Assembly (NCBI GenBank): GCA_037131675.1
Contig: JBAXQO010000002.1
Span: 15,166 to 79,165 of the forward strand
Source of the DNA: a bacterium
Lineage (GTDB): Bacteria; Patescibacteriota; Minisyncoccia; Phycocordibacterales; CAIZIN01
Length of the DNA stretch: 64,000 nucleotides
Reading direction: 5' to 3'
The position numbers and the translations under genes were made by a program. The notes under the pieces were generated by a model that saw only the letters and a list, made by a program, of their open reading frames with translations, searched no databases and was not told the origin of the DNA. Positions 1 through 9,046 of the stretch are shown here, piece by piece; the stretch's first letter is position 1, and each line of letters begins with the position of its first letter.

Positions 1-662
1 TTAGTGACGCTCCAAAACAAATGAAATTTGTCGAAGAGATGATTCGTACTTTGGTACAAGATATTTGTGGTGGAAACGAAATGTCTTTTGAAGATAAAAA
101 AATAGATTTTTCAAAACCTTTTAGGGTTGTTTCTTATATGGATCTTTTGAAAAATGAAGCAGGTATCTCTGACCCACTCTCTGCAACAAAAGATGAACTT
201 ACAAAAAAGGCAGAATCTTTTGGTGTTGCTGTTGATCCGGCAGATAGTGAGATGAAGTTATTGGATAATATTTATAAAAAAGTTTGCCGACCAAATATTT
301 TTGAACCAACTTTCATTGTTGAATATCCTGCAGACTATTTACCTCTTGCAAAAAGAAATGAAAAAAATCCAAAGCTTGTGGATGCGTTTCAACTTGTGAT
401 AGCTAACGTTGAGGTTTCAAAAGCATTTTCAGAATTAAATGATCCAGTTGACCAGGCTGAAAGGCTCTCAATACAAGAATCTCAGAGTCAAAAAGGGGAA
501 GCAGATGCTCAGAGAAAAGATGATGACTTCATAGAAGCTATGGAGCACGGGATGCCGCCTATGGGAGGTGTAGGTATTGGTATCGACAGGTTAGTAATGC
601 TTCTGACAAACACTCGAAACATTAAGGAAGTGATTTTCTTCCCAACAATGAAACCTAGATAA
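1..662 (+). CDS. lysS: lysine--tRNA ligase, C-terminal part (5' end outside window)
   Basis: Class II aaRS motifs AFSELNDP and EHGMPPMGGVGIGIDRLVMLLT...IKEVIFFP; frame is open to the window edge. Confidence 0.95.
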   Translation, partial: SDAPKQMKFVEEMIRTLVQDICGGNEMSFEDKKIDFSKPFRVVSYMDLLKNEAGISDPLSATKDELTKKAESFGVAVDPADSEMKLLDNIYKKVCRPNIFEPTFIVEYPADYLPLAKRNEKNPKLVDAFQLVIANVEVSKAFSELNDPVDQAERLSIQESQSQKGEADAQRKDDDFIEAMEHGMPPMGGVGIGIDRLVMLLTNTRNIKEVIFFPTMKPR

Positions 663-680
663 TTTCGTAAATCAAAATTT

Positions 681-712
681 AAAACCAAGGCTCAACAAAG
701 CCTTGGTTTTTT
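681..712 (+). terminator. intrinsic terminator after lysS
   Basis: AAAACCAAGGCT-caacaa-AGCCTTGGTTTT followed by T-run. Confidence 0.8.
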
Positions 713-730
713 GTTTGGAAAGAGGTGAAA

Positions 731-739
731 TGTGGATAA
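731..739 (-). promoter_or_regulatory. consensus DnaA box upstream of mraZ
   Basis: TGTGGATAA is the reverse complement of TTATCCACA. Confidence 0.5.
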
Positions 740-750
740 CTTTGTTGTGC

Positions 751-800
751 GTTGGTGTATTGTGGGATAGAATAGTATGTAAGTGGGATAAAGTGGTATA
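751..800 (+). promoter_or_regulatory. MraZ-binding direct repeats / dcw promoter
   Basis: GTGG(G/T)ATA-type repeats at about 10-nt phase (tgtgggatag, aagtgggata, aagtggtata) directly upstream of mraZ. Confidence 0.7.
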
Positions 801-812
801 GAAAATAAAAAC

Positions 813-1247
813 ATGTTAATTGGCGAATACACACACAATTTTGATGATAAGAACCGAGTTTCGGTTCCTTCGAAATTCCGAAAGGAAATCGGAAAGAAAA
901 TTGTTGTAACTCGCGGACTCGACAATTGTTTGTTTATGTACACTCTCAAAGAATGGCAAAAGATTTCAGAAAAGCTTGGGGAGATGAGTATGCTCGCTTC
1001 TGACACTCGAGGTTTTAATCGTTTTATGCTCGCCGGTGCATCCGAGATTGATGTAGATGCAAACGGACGTGTTTTGATTCCAGAGTACCTTCGCGATTTT
1101 GCGAAGATCGAAGAAAAAGTTGTGTTCGCAGGTGTTCACAACCGTGTCGAACTTTGGAATGAGAATGCGTGGAATGAGTATAAAGAAAAGGTTGTAAAAC
1201 AGGCGGATGCTTTAGCTGAAAAGCTTGGGCAGGTCGGCGCGTTCTAA
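813..1247 (+). CDS. mraZ: division/cell wall cluster transcriptional repressor MraZ
   Basis: GEYTHNFDDKNRVSVP and DANGRVLIP SpoVT/AbrB repeats; first gene of dcw cluster. Confidence 0.97.
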   Translation: MLIGEYTHNFDDKNRVSVPSKFRKEIGKKIVVTRGLDNCLFMYTLKEWQKISEKLGEMSMLASDTRGFNRFMLAGASEIDVDANGRVLIPEYLRDFAKIEEKVVFAGVHNRVELWNENAWNEYKEKVVKQADALAEKLGQVGAF

Positions 1248-1248
1248 T

Positions 1249-2133
1249 ATGCACATAAGTGTTCTTTTACATGAATCAATAGAGGGCTTAGAGCTCAAAG
1301 ACGGGGATGTTGTGTTTGACGGTACCTTTGGTGGTGGTGGGCATACACGGGCTATGCTTGCTCTTGGAAAAAAAATAAAAGTAATTGCAACCGATTTAGA
1401 CACGGATGCAATTGCAAATGGTCAAGAGCTTGTAAAAGAATACCCTGATCAACTTATTTTAGAAAACGATTCTTTTTCAAACATTGCTTCGATTCTAAAT
1501 AAACACAATTTTTCTGGTGTAGATAAAGTTTTGCTCGATTTAGGTTGGAGTTCAAACCAACTAGAAAATGGTGAAAGAGGACTTTCTTTTCTAAAAGACG
1601 AACCACTTGTAATGACTCTTAAAAAAGATATCACAGAATCTGATGTAACTGCTGAAATGATTGTAAACGAATGGGGTGAAGAAACCATTGCAGATATCTT
1701 ATTTGGTTTTGGAGAAGAACGTTACGCGCGCCGTATAGCAAGAGTAATCTGTGAAGAAAGACAAAAAAAACCAATCAAAACCACACATGAACTCGTCTCA
1801 ATTATTTCTAGAGCCGTGCCTCCTAATTACCGTTTTGGGAAGATCCATCCTGCAACTCGCACATTTCAAGCTCTTCGTATCGCAGTAAATCATGAACTTG
1901 AGACTTTAGAAACAGTTCTTTCTGAAGCGTGGAAAGTTTTAAAACCAGAGGGGAGGATGTCCATTATTTCATTTCATAGTCTTGAGGATCGCATCGTAAA
2001 AAGATTTTTCAGGGAAGTGGCAGCAGAGTCCAACGCAACAATAATCACAAAAAGACCAATAACTGCCAGTGAAGAAGAAATCTCATACAACCCACGTTCG
2101 CGAAGTGCAAAATTAAGAATTATTAAAAAATAA
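1249..2133 (+). CDS. rsmH: 16S rRNA m4C1402 methyltransferase
   Basis: HISVLL, DGTFGGGGH, DLGWSS, HPATRTFQALRIAVN, NPRSRSAKLR; ATG at 1249 directly follows the mraZ stop. Confidence 0.97.
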   Translation: MHISVLLHESIEGLELKDGDVVFDGTFGGGGHTRAMLALGKKIKVIATDLDTDAIANGQELVKEYPDQLILENDSFSNIASILNKHNFSGVDKVLLDLGWSSNQLENGERGLSFLKDEPLVMTLKKDITESDVTAEMIVNEWGEETIADILFGFGEERYARRIARVICEERQKKPIKTTHELVSIISRAVPPNYRFGKIHPATRTFQALRIAVNHELETLETVLSEAWKVLKPEGRMSIISFHSLEDRIVKRFFREVAAESNATIITKRPITASEEEISYNPRSRSAKLRIIKK

Positions 2134-2146
2134 AAACCAAATCAAC

Positions 2147-2455
2147 ATGCAAACAAAAACCATTCGACACATATCACATATTCAGAAAGAAATATTCTGG
2201 GCTACAGCGGCAACTTTTATTGCTCTTGTTGGTTTGTATGTATTTTTCCTTGCCTCATCTATTGTGAATGTTGCTGTACGTCAGAATGTAAACGACAAAG
2301 TTGTGGCATTAAGTTCAAAGGTTGCACAGCTAGAATTTCAATATGTCTCTCTTCAAAACGCTGTTACGTCTGATGTGGCCACATCTGAAGGTTATGTCGC
2401 TCAAGCACCAGTTGCATATGTTGCAAAAGACATTCGTCTTTCTATGGCTCGATAG
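2147..2455 (+). CDS. FtsL-like bitopic membrane protein
   Basis: Single TM followed by coiled coil; ftsL position between rsmH and ftsI. Confidence 0.65.
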   Translation: MQTKTIRHISHIQKEIFWATAATFIALVGLYVFFLASSIVNVAVRQNVNDKVVALSSKVAQLEFQYVSLQNAVTSDVATSEGYVAQAPVAYVAKDIRLSMAR

Positions 2456-2463
2456 GATAATCT

Positions 2464-4170
2464 ATGAAAGATTTTTCGATTCTCAGAATTCGCATTCTTT
2501 CGATCACAATATTGTGTGTCGCGCTTTTGTTTATTTCGAAACTGTACATGATACAGGTTGTTCATTCTCAGGAATACCGAGATAGGGCAGACAGACAGTA
2601 CGTGCGTCCCAATCAGTCTGTTTTTGATCGAGGGACTATTTTTTTTGTTACAAAGGATAATGATCGTATTGCCGCTGCAACTCTTGAATCTGGATTTACT
2701 CTTGCAATAAACCCTAAACAAATTACAAACGATATTGATGTATATGAAAAAATAAATGCAATTCTACCTCTTGATAAAAATGATTTTTTAGCAAAAGCAG
2801 GAAAGAAGACTGATCCATACGAGGAGTTAGCGAAACATGTTGCTGATGATGTTGGTTTAAAAATTGATTCGCTCAAAATCCCAGGTGTGAGAATATATAA
2901 AGACCGATGGAGATTTTATCCTGGTAACACACTTGCTTCACAGGTTTTGGGCTTTCTGTCATTTAAAGGTAATGATCTTAAAGCTCAGTATGGGCTAGAA
3001 AGACAATACAATGAAGTTTTAAGTCGCAATACAGATGCTGTTTTTGCAAACTTCTTTGTTGAACTTTTTTCAAATATTAATAAAACAGTCCTTAAGAAAG
3101 AAGATTTAGAGGGAAGTATCGTGACAACTATTGACCCTGTTGTTCAAGGAACGCTGGAGAAAAAAATCGCAGATTTGCAGACACAGTATAAAAGTAAATT
3201 AACAGGAGGTGTCATAATGAATCCAAAGACGGGAGAAATCTACGCTATGGGTGCTTCTCCTTCATTTAATCCAAATACATATCAGACTGAGAAAAATATT
3301 TCATCATTCGGTAATCCTATAGTTGAGAATGTTTATGAAATGGGTTCGATTATTAAGCCTTTGACTATGGCAGCTGGTATTGATGCTGGAGTGGTGACTC
3401 CAGAAACAACTTATAAAGACGCTGGGTTTGTAACATTAAATAAATCTACTTTTTACAATTTTGATAAAAAGGGTAGAGGTGTGGTAAACATGCAAGAAGT
3501 GCTCAATCAGTCTTTAAATACTGGTGTAGCATTCGTCGTTTCAAAATTAGGTGATACAACATTTCGTAACTATATGTACGGATATGGTCTTTCGGAAAAA
3601 ACAGGTATTGATTTGCCAAATGAAGCAGACTCACTTGTGAAAAACCTAAAAAGTCCCAGAGAGATTGAATATGCAACCGCATCATTTGGACAAGGTATTG
3701 CACTTAGCCCTATACAAACAGTTCGTGCGCTTGCTTCTTTAGGCAATGGTGGTTTACTCGTAACTCCGCATGTGGTAAAGAGAATAGAATACCGTGTTGG
3801 AATATCTAGAGATATCTCATATCCAGAACCAAAAAAGGTTTTAAAACCAGAAACTAGTACGGCTATTACAAAAATGTTGGTAACGGTTTTCGATAAAGCT
3901 TTGCTTAATGGAAAGATAAAAATGGAACATTATTCAATGGCAGCAAAAACTGGTACGGCACAGATTGCTGATGGTCATGGTAAATATTTGGAAAATGATT
4001 ACCTCCATTCATTTTTTGGCTATTTCCCAGCGTACGATCCGAAGTTTATAGTGTTCCTGTTTACAGTTGAGCCTCAAGGTGTAGAATATGCTTCCCATAC
4101 CTTGGCAGAGCCATATAGTGATATTGCGAAGTTTTTAATAAATTATTATCAGGTACCGCCAGACAGATAG
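2464..4170 (+). CDS. ftsI: class B penicillin-binding protein (FtsI/PBP2 family)
   Basis: N-terminal TM; transpeptidase motifs SIIK, SLN, KTGT; dcw position. Confidence 0.9.
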   Translation: MKDFSILRIRILSITILCVALLFISKLYMIQVVHSQEYRDRADRQYVRPNQSVFDRGTIFFVTKDNDRIAAATLESGFTLAINPKQITNDIDVYEKINAILPLDKNDFLAKAGKKTDPYEELAKHVADDVGLKIDSLKIPGVRIYKDRWRFYPGNTLASQVLGFLSFKGNDLKAQYGLERQYNEVLSRNTDAVFANFFVELFSNINKTVLKKEDLEGSIVTTIDPVVQGTLEKKIADLQTQYKSKLTGGVIMNPKTGEIYAMGASPSFNPNTYQTEKNISSFGNPIVENVYEMGSIIKPLTMAAGIDAGVVTPETTYKDAGFVTLNKSTFYNFDKKGRGVVNMQEVLNQSLNTGVAFVVSKLGDTTFRNYMYGYGLSEKTGIDLPNEADSLVKNLKSPREIEYATASFGQGIALSPIQTVRALASLGNGGLLVTPHVVKRIEYRVGISRDISYPEPKKVLKPETSTAITKMLVTVFDKALLNGKIKMEHYSMAAKTGTAQIADGHGKYLENDYLHSFFGYFPAYDPKFIVFLFTVEPQGVEYASHTLAEPYSDIAKFLINYYQVPPDR

Positions 4171-4174
4171 AAAA

Positions 4175-5464
4175 ATGAAACAAATTTTAAAGAAAATAGT
4201 AATAGGAATTTTAACACTTGAAGCAAAGCTGGTGCTTAAGCGCTATAAACCAAAGATTATTGCTGTGACTGGAAGTGTTGGAAAAACTTCTACAAAAGAT
4301 GCAATTTACACAGCTTTATGTGAACCGTTTTCTATTCGTAAAAATCAAAAAAGTTTCAATAGTGAAATAGGAGTACCACTTACTGTTTTAGGTCTCGAGA
4401 ACGCATGGGGGAATCCTTTGTTGTGGGTTGGAAACATTTTAAAAGGTGCGTGGGTGTGTGTGTGGCCTCAAACATATCCAAAATTGCTGGTACTTGAAAT
4501 AGGGGCCGACCATCCAGGTGATATAAAATCCATTACAAAGTGGGTGATACCAGATATTGCAGTAGTAACCAGAATTCCAAATGTTCCAGTGCATGTTGAA
4601 TACTTTAAAGATGCAGAAGCTCTTCTTGAAGAAAAAGCAGAACTTTTAAAAGCTATGAAGCCGGATGGTGTAGCTGTAATTAATTCAGATGATGAAAATG
4701 TTCTTTCTCTTGGAAAACATGTGAAGGGAAGCGTTATTCATTATGGAATGGAAAATTCCGCCACAATTTACGGAGATTCTTATGGTCTTATGTACGAAGG
4801 AAATGATGTTGCGGGGATACAATTCAGAATTTTGTATGACTCCAATATAATACCTGTTGTGCTCAAAGGTATAGTTGGAGTACAGCATGTGTATCCTGTA
4901 CTTGCCGCTGCAGCAGTTGCTTTGCCTCTAAAATTACCCCTTGTTAAACTTACTGAATCTTTTGCACAACACGAATATCCACGGGGGCGTATGAATGTAA
5001 TAAAGGGGATTAAAAATACTATTATTATAGACGATACTTACAATTCCTCACCTGTAGCACTTGAATATGCTCTTCGTACTCTTAAAGATGTGCAGACTCA
5101 AGGAAGAAAAATTGCAGTGCTTGGAGATATGCTTGAGCTTGGTTCATATTCCGCTGAAGCTCATAAAAACATAGGAACAATCGCGGCGGAATGTGCAGAT
5201 ATTATTTTTACTGTAGGTGTGCGAGCTCGTGACATTAAAGATTTTGCTGTAAAAGCGGGAACACAAGAAACATCAACACAATCTTTTTCAAGTTCGGTAG
5301 AAGTGGGTGAATATTTAAAAGATTATATACAGGAAGGAGATGTTATACTCGCAAAAGGTTCACAAGGAATGCGTATGGAAAAATCTATTGCACCTATTGT
5401 GTTGGACCAAGAAAAAGTAAAAGATCTTCTGGTGAGACAAGAAAAAGAGTGGGTAGGAAGATAG
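4175..5464 (+). CDS. murF: UDP-MurNAc-tripeptide--D-Ala-D-Ala ligase
   Basis: AVTGSVGKTSTK, NSEIGVPLT, DDTYNSSP, LGDMLELG, KGSQ. Confidence 0.92.
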   Translation: MKQILKKIVIGILTLEAKLVLKRYKPKIIAVTGSVGKTSTKDAIYTALCEPFSIRKNQKSFNSEIGVPLTVLGLENAWGNPLLWVGNILKGAWVCVWPQTYPKLLVLEIGADHPGDIKSITKWVIPDIAVVTRIPNVPVHVEYFKDAEALLEEKAELLKAMKPDGVAVINSDDENVLSLGKHVKGSVIHYGMENSATIYGDSYGLMYEGNDVAGIQFRILYDSNIIPVVLKGIVGVQHVYPVLAAAAVALPLKLPLVKLTESFAQHEYPRGRMNVIKGIKNTIIIDDTYNSSPVALEYALRTLKDVQTQGRKIAVLGDMLELGSYSAEAHKNIGTIAAECADIIFTVGVRARDIKDFAVKAGTQETSTQSFSSSVEVGEYLKDYIQEGDVILAKGSQGMRMEKSIAPIVLDQEKVKDLLVRQEKEWVGR

Positions 5465-5594
5465 GTTCTTTATATACCCAATTTTCTAATTATCTTTCTT
5501 TTCTTTATATTTATCACAAATCATGTTGGCTGAGATACGTGCAGATTGGCCGGGGCCAACACCAACTATTAAATTTTAGGTTTCTTATCCATAA

Positions 5595-5795
5595 TTATTC
5601 TAGAGGACAAGTGTTTTTTCCAATAAAAGTATAAAACGCACACCAACTAACCAAGGATTCGTAAATAGAGAATATACCCAAGGCTATTAATACTATCTGC
5701 ATATAAATATTGTTAATAAAAAATACTGCGATAAGGGCAAGGATGCCTAAAAGTAATCTAAAAACCCGATCTTTTGTTCCAATATTCTTTTTCAT
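5595..5795 (-). CDS. DUF2892 (YgaP-like) small membrane protein
   Basis: NIGTKDR..R, two TMs, WCAFY..G.NTC. Confidence 0.85.
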   Translation of the reverse strand: MKKNIGTKDRVFRLLLGILALIAVFFINNIYMQIVLIALGIFSIYESLVSWCAFYTFIGKNTCPLE

Positions 5796-5954
5796 GTTGC
5801 TAATTATAATATAGATATAATTAATACGTAATAATAAATCGTTTGCTGAAAAATATCTCGAAGGCTTGATTTAAGCATATTTATCAGTAGTATTCTGCGC
5901 AGGCTAGAACAAAGCTGTTTTTGTTCTTTCATAAACTATATACAGGATAAACTT

Positions 5955-7382
5955 ATGCGTTATATTTCGACACGCGGTCAAGGTGGGTCGCTTTCTTTCA
6001 ATGATGTCTTGCTGGCTGGGCTGGCTCCTGATGGTGGGCTTTACGTTCCGGAGGAGTACCCGCAACTGGCATGGAAACATATTAAGCTGATGCAAGGCTG
6101 GAGCTATCATCAAATCGCATTCCACATCATTAAGCTTTTTGTCGGGGACGACATTAATGACAACGCTCTGCGAACGATCATTAAAAAAGCTTATGAACCT
6201 CGTCTGTTTGGTAGTCTCGACATTACACCAATACAACCTCTCTCAAGAGGTGTGGGTTTGCTGAAGTTGTCGAACGGGCCAACGTTGGCATTCAAAGATG
6301 TTGCGCTACAACTTCTCGCGAATCTCATGGACTATGTTCTTGAGGAGCGCGATGAATACCTTAACATTCTTGGTGCAACATCTGGTGACACTGGCTCGGC
6401 AGCAGAAGAAGCTGTGCGAGGTCGCAAGCGGTTGCGTATCTTCATGCTCTCGCCATATGGTCGCATGACTCCATTCCAGCAGATGCAAATGTATAGGATT
6501 CACGATCCAAGCGTTTTCAATCTGGTGCCGGATGGGAATTTTGATGATTGTCAGTCAGCAGTGAAGCTTGTGAACGCTGATTCCGATTTCAAGAGGGAAT
6601 ACTCAATCGGTGCGGTGAACTCAATCAACTGGGCACGTATCATGGCTCAAGTCGTGTATTACGTCTATGGGTACACACGGATGATAACAAGTCCGCATGA
6701 ACGCCTCACTGTTTCAGTGCCATCCGGCAATTTCGGCAATGCACTTGCTGCATATGTGGCGGGAAAGATGGGTCTCAAGATCGATATTATCGTAGCTACT
6801 AACGAGAACGATGTTCTGACTGAGCTTTTCAACTCGGGACGATATCGTATTCGTAAGGGCAATGAAGTTGTGAAAACGCAGAGTCCTTCAATGGACATTG
6901 CGTCGGCATCAAACTTCGAGCGGTTCATGTTCGATCAGGTGAATCGGGATCCTCGGCGTTTGGTAAAACTATGGAAAGAGCTTTCGGCTAAAGGTGAGTT
7001 CAGTTGGAATATACGGAACGAACCCGGCTCAACAGTTCGGTTTAGGTCAGGGACGGCGACTGATGCTGAAGTGACGAAGACCATAAAGTTAATCTTCGAT
7101 CACACCGGCATCATCATCGACCCACACACCGCGGTCGCTGCAAAGGTGTTCTATGATCTGAAAGGCGATTCCAATATGGGACCGTCCTTGATTGTAGAGA
7201 CAGCTCAACCAGCCAAGTTCGAGGATGCGATTTATCGTGCTCTCGGTATTAGGATGGCGATTCCTGAAGTGTGTCGTTACTTGGAAGGGAATGACGAGAG
7301 AATTATTCGTATTAATGAAACTGACCCAGTCGTAATTGCGAATGCGGCAAAAGCAATCATTGAAGCGAATGTGAAAAAATAA
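5955..7382 (+). CDS. thrC: threonine synthase
   Basis: MRYISTRG, GLAPDGGLYVP, PLP-lysine motif GPTLAFKD, ATSGDTG, NSINWARI, PSGNFGN, DPHTA. Confidence 0.93.
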   Translation: MRYISTRGQGGSLSFNDVLLAGLAPDGGLYVPEEYPQLAWKHIKLMQGWSYHQIAFHIIKLFVGDDINDNALRTIIKKAYEPRLFGSLDITPIQPLSRGVGLLKLSNGPTLAFKDVALQLLANLMDYVLEERDEYLNILGATSGDTGSAAEEAVRGRKRLRIFMLSPYGRMTPFQQMQMYRIHDPSVFNLVPDGNFDDCQSAVKLVNADSDFKREYSIGAVNSINWARIMAQVVYYVYGYTRMITSPHERLTVSVPSGNFGNALAAYVAGKMGLKIDIIVATNENDVLTELFNSGRYRIRKGNEVVKTQSPSMDIASASNFERFMFDQVNRDPRRLVKLWKELSAKGEFSWNIRNEPGSTVRFRSGTATDAEVTKTIKLIFDHTGIIIDPHTAVAAKVFYDLKGDSNMGPSLIVETAQPAKFEDAIYRALGIRMAIPEVCRYLEGNDERIIRINETDPVVIANAAKAIIEANVKK

Positions 7383-7401
7383 AAAATATCACCGAAACAA
7401 T

Positions 7402-7435
7402 AAGCCCATCAGCCTTCGTGTTGATGGGTTTTTAT
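7402..7435 (+). terminator. intrinsic terminator after thrC
   Basis: AAGCCCATCAGC...GTTGATGGGTTT followed by T-rich tail. Confidence 0.75.
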
Positions 7436-7552
7436 TTATTTTATTAATTGTAACACGATAATTTTATGTCATATAATTTCTCTCGAAACTATTACCGATG
7501 TATACTTAACCTCAACGATATAATGATAGTAATAAATAAAAAATAAATTAAT

Positions 7553-9046
7553 ATGATAAAGAAAAAAGTGGTTGTAATCGGTGCTGGACTAGGTGGAATA
7601 TCTGCAGCAGCGTCACTTGCATCAAAAGGTTATGATGTAGAAATTTTTGAGAAAAACTCACATGTTGGTGGCAAGCTAAATCTATTAAAAAAAGATGGTT
7701 TTTCATTTGATCTCGGTCCTTCTATTTTGACCTTGCCACACTTGTTCCAAAAGTTGTTTGATGAGGCTGGTAAAAAAATGGAAGACTATGTTTCTATACA
7801 ACCACTCCGTCCACACTGGAGGAATTTCTTTGAAGATGGGATTGTAATTGATTTAACTCCAGATATGAAGGAGATGAAATTATCTAACCCAACACTAAGT
7901 AATCAAGATATTGTAGAGCTTGAAAAATATCTGGAGTATTCAAAGGGACTTTATGATTTTGCCGAGAGGGGTTATTTTAAAGCTGGTCTGGATACGTTAT
8001 GGGAAGTAATTACTTTTTACAACCCATTTTCTCTTTTAAAAAGTGTAAATATTTTTTCTACACTCCACGAAAAAACCCATAAATATATCAGCAATTCGTA
8101 TCTCCAAACCATAATGGACTTTTTTATTAAATATGTCGGATCATCCGCATACAATGCTCCAGCTATTCTTGGTCTTTTGGCACATGTACAATTTAAATAT
8201 GATCTATGGTATGTAGATGGGGGCTTATACAATCTTGCAAAAGGCTTGGAGAAATTACTTCTAGACATAGACGTTAAAATTCACCTTAATAGCGAAATTG
8301 TGAAACTAGAAAAAAATGGCGGAAAAATAATAAGAGCACTGCTTGCATCCGGTGAATATGTTGAAGCTGATATTTTCATTTCGGACATGGAGATTATTCC
8401 TGCTTATCTAAAATTAACCAATGAACCAGCAGATTTTATTGCTACATACGAAAAGAAGTTTGAACCAGCTTGTTCAGGGCTTGTATTGTATCTAGGTGTT
8501 GATCGAGAATATCCACAGTTGGCACATCATAATTTTTTCTTCTCTCAAAATCCAAAAGAACATTTTAGATCTGTGTTCGATAAAAAAATATTACCTGACG
8601 ATCCTACTATATATCTTGTAGCTCCTGCTCGAACTGATAAATCTCAGGCTCCAGCCGGTTGTGAGAACATAAAGATACTTCCTCATATTCCATACCTACA
8701 AGACAAGCCTTTTACTGCAAAAGATTATTCAGATTTGCGTGATCGCGTATTGATTAAATTAGAAAAAATGGGTCTTACAGATCTTCGTAAGCATATTATT
8801 ACTGAAGACATGTGGACACCTGAAGATATTGAGAAAAATTATTATTCAAATAGGGGTGCTATCTATGGTGTAGTTTCTGATAAAAAGAAAAATTTGGGAT
8901 TTAAGGCTCCAAAGGAAAGTACACTTTATAAAAATCTTTACTTTGTTGGAGGTAGTGTAAATCCTGGAGGAGGAATGCCGATGGCTGTGCTTTCAGGACA
9001 ACAAGTTTGTGATAAAATTATAAAAAAATATGGAGAACAAAAATAA
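7553..9046 (+). CDS. CrtI-superfamily FAD oxidoreductase, CrtP/CrtNb (diapocarotenoid oxygenase)-like
   Basis: GAGLGG Rossmann fold, FDLGPSILT, C-terminal GGSVNPGGGMPM. Confidence 0.85.
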   Translation: MIKKKVVVIGAGLGGISAAASLASKGYDVEIFEKNSHVGGKLNLLKKDGFSFDLGPSILTLPHLFQKLFDEAGKKMEDYVSIQPLRPHWRNFFEDGIVIDLTPDMKEMKLSNPTLSNQDIVELEKYLEYSKGLYDFAERGYFKAGLDTLWEVITFYNPFSLLKSVNIFSTLHEKTHKYISNSYLQTIMDFFIKYVGSSAYNAPAILGLLAHVQFKYDLWYVDGGLYNLAKGLEKLLLDIDVKIHLNSEIVKLEKNGGKIIRALLASGEYVEADIFISDMEIIPAYLKLTNEPADFIATYEKKFEPACSGLVLYLGVDREYPQLAHHNFFFSQNPKEHFRSVFDKKILPDDPTIYLVAPARTDKSQAPAGCENIKILPHIPYLQDKPFTAKDYSDLRDRVLIKLEKMGLTDLRKHIITEDMWTPEDIEKNYYSNRGAIYGVVSDKKKNLGFKAPKESTLYKNLYFVGGSVNPGGGMPMAVLSGQQVCDKIIKKYGEQK

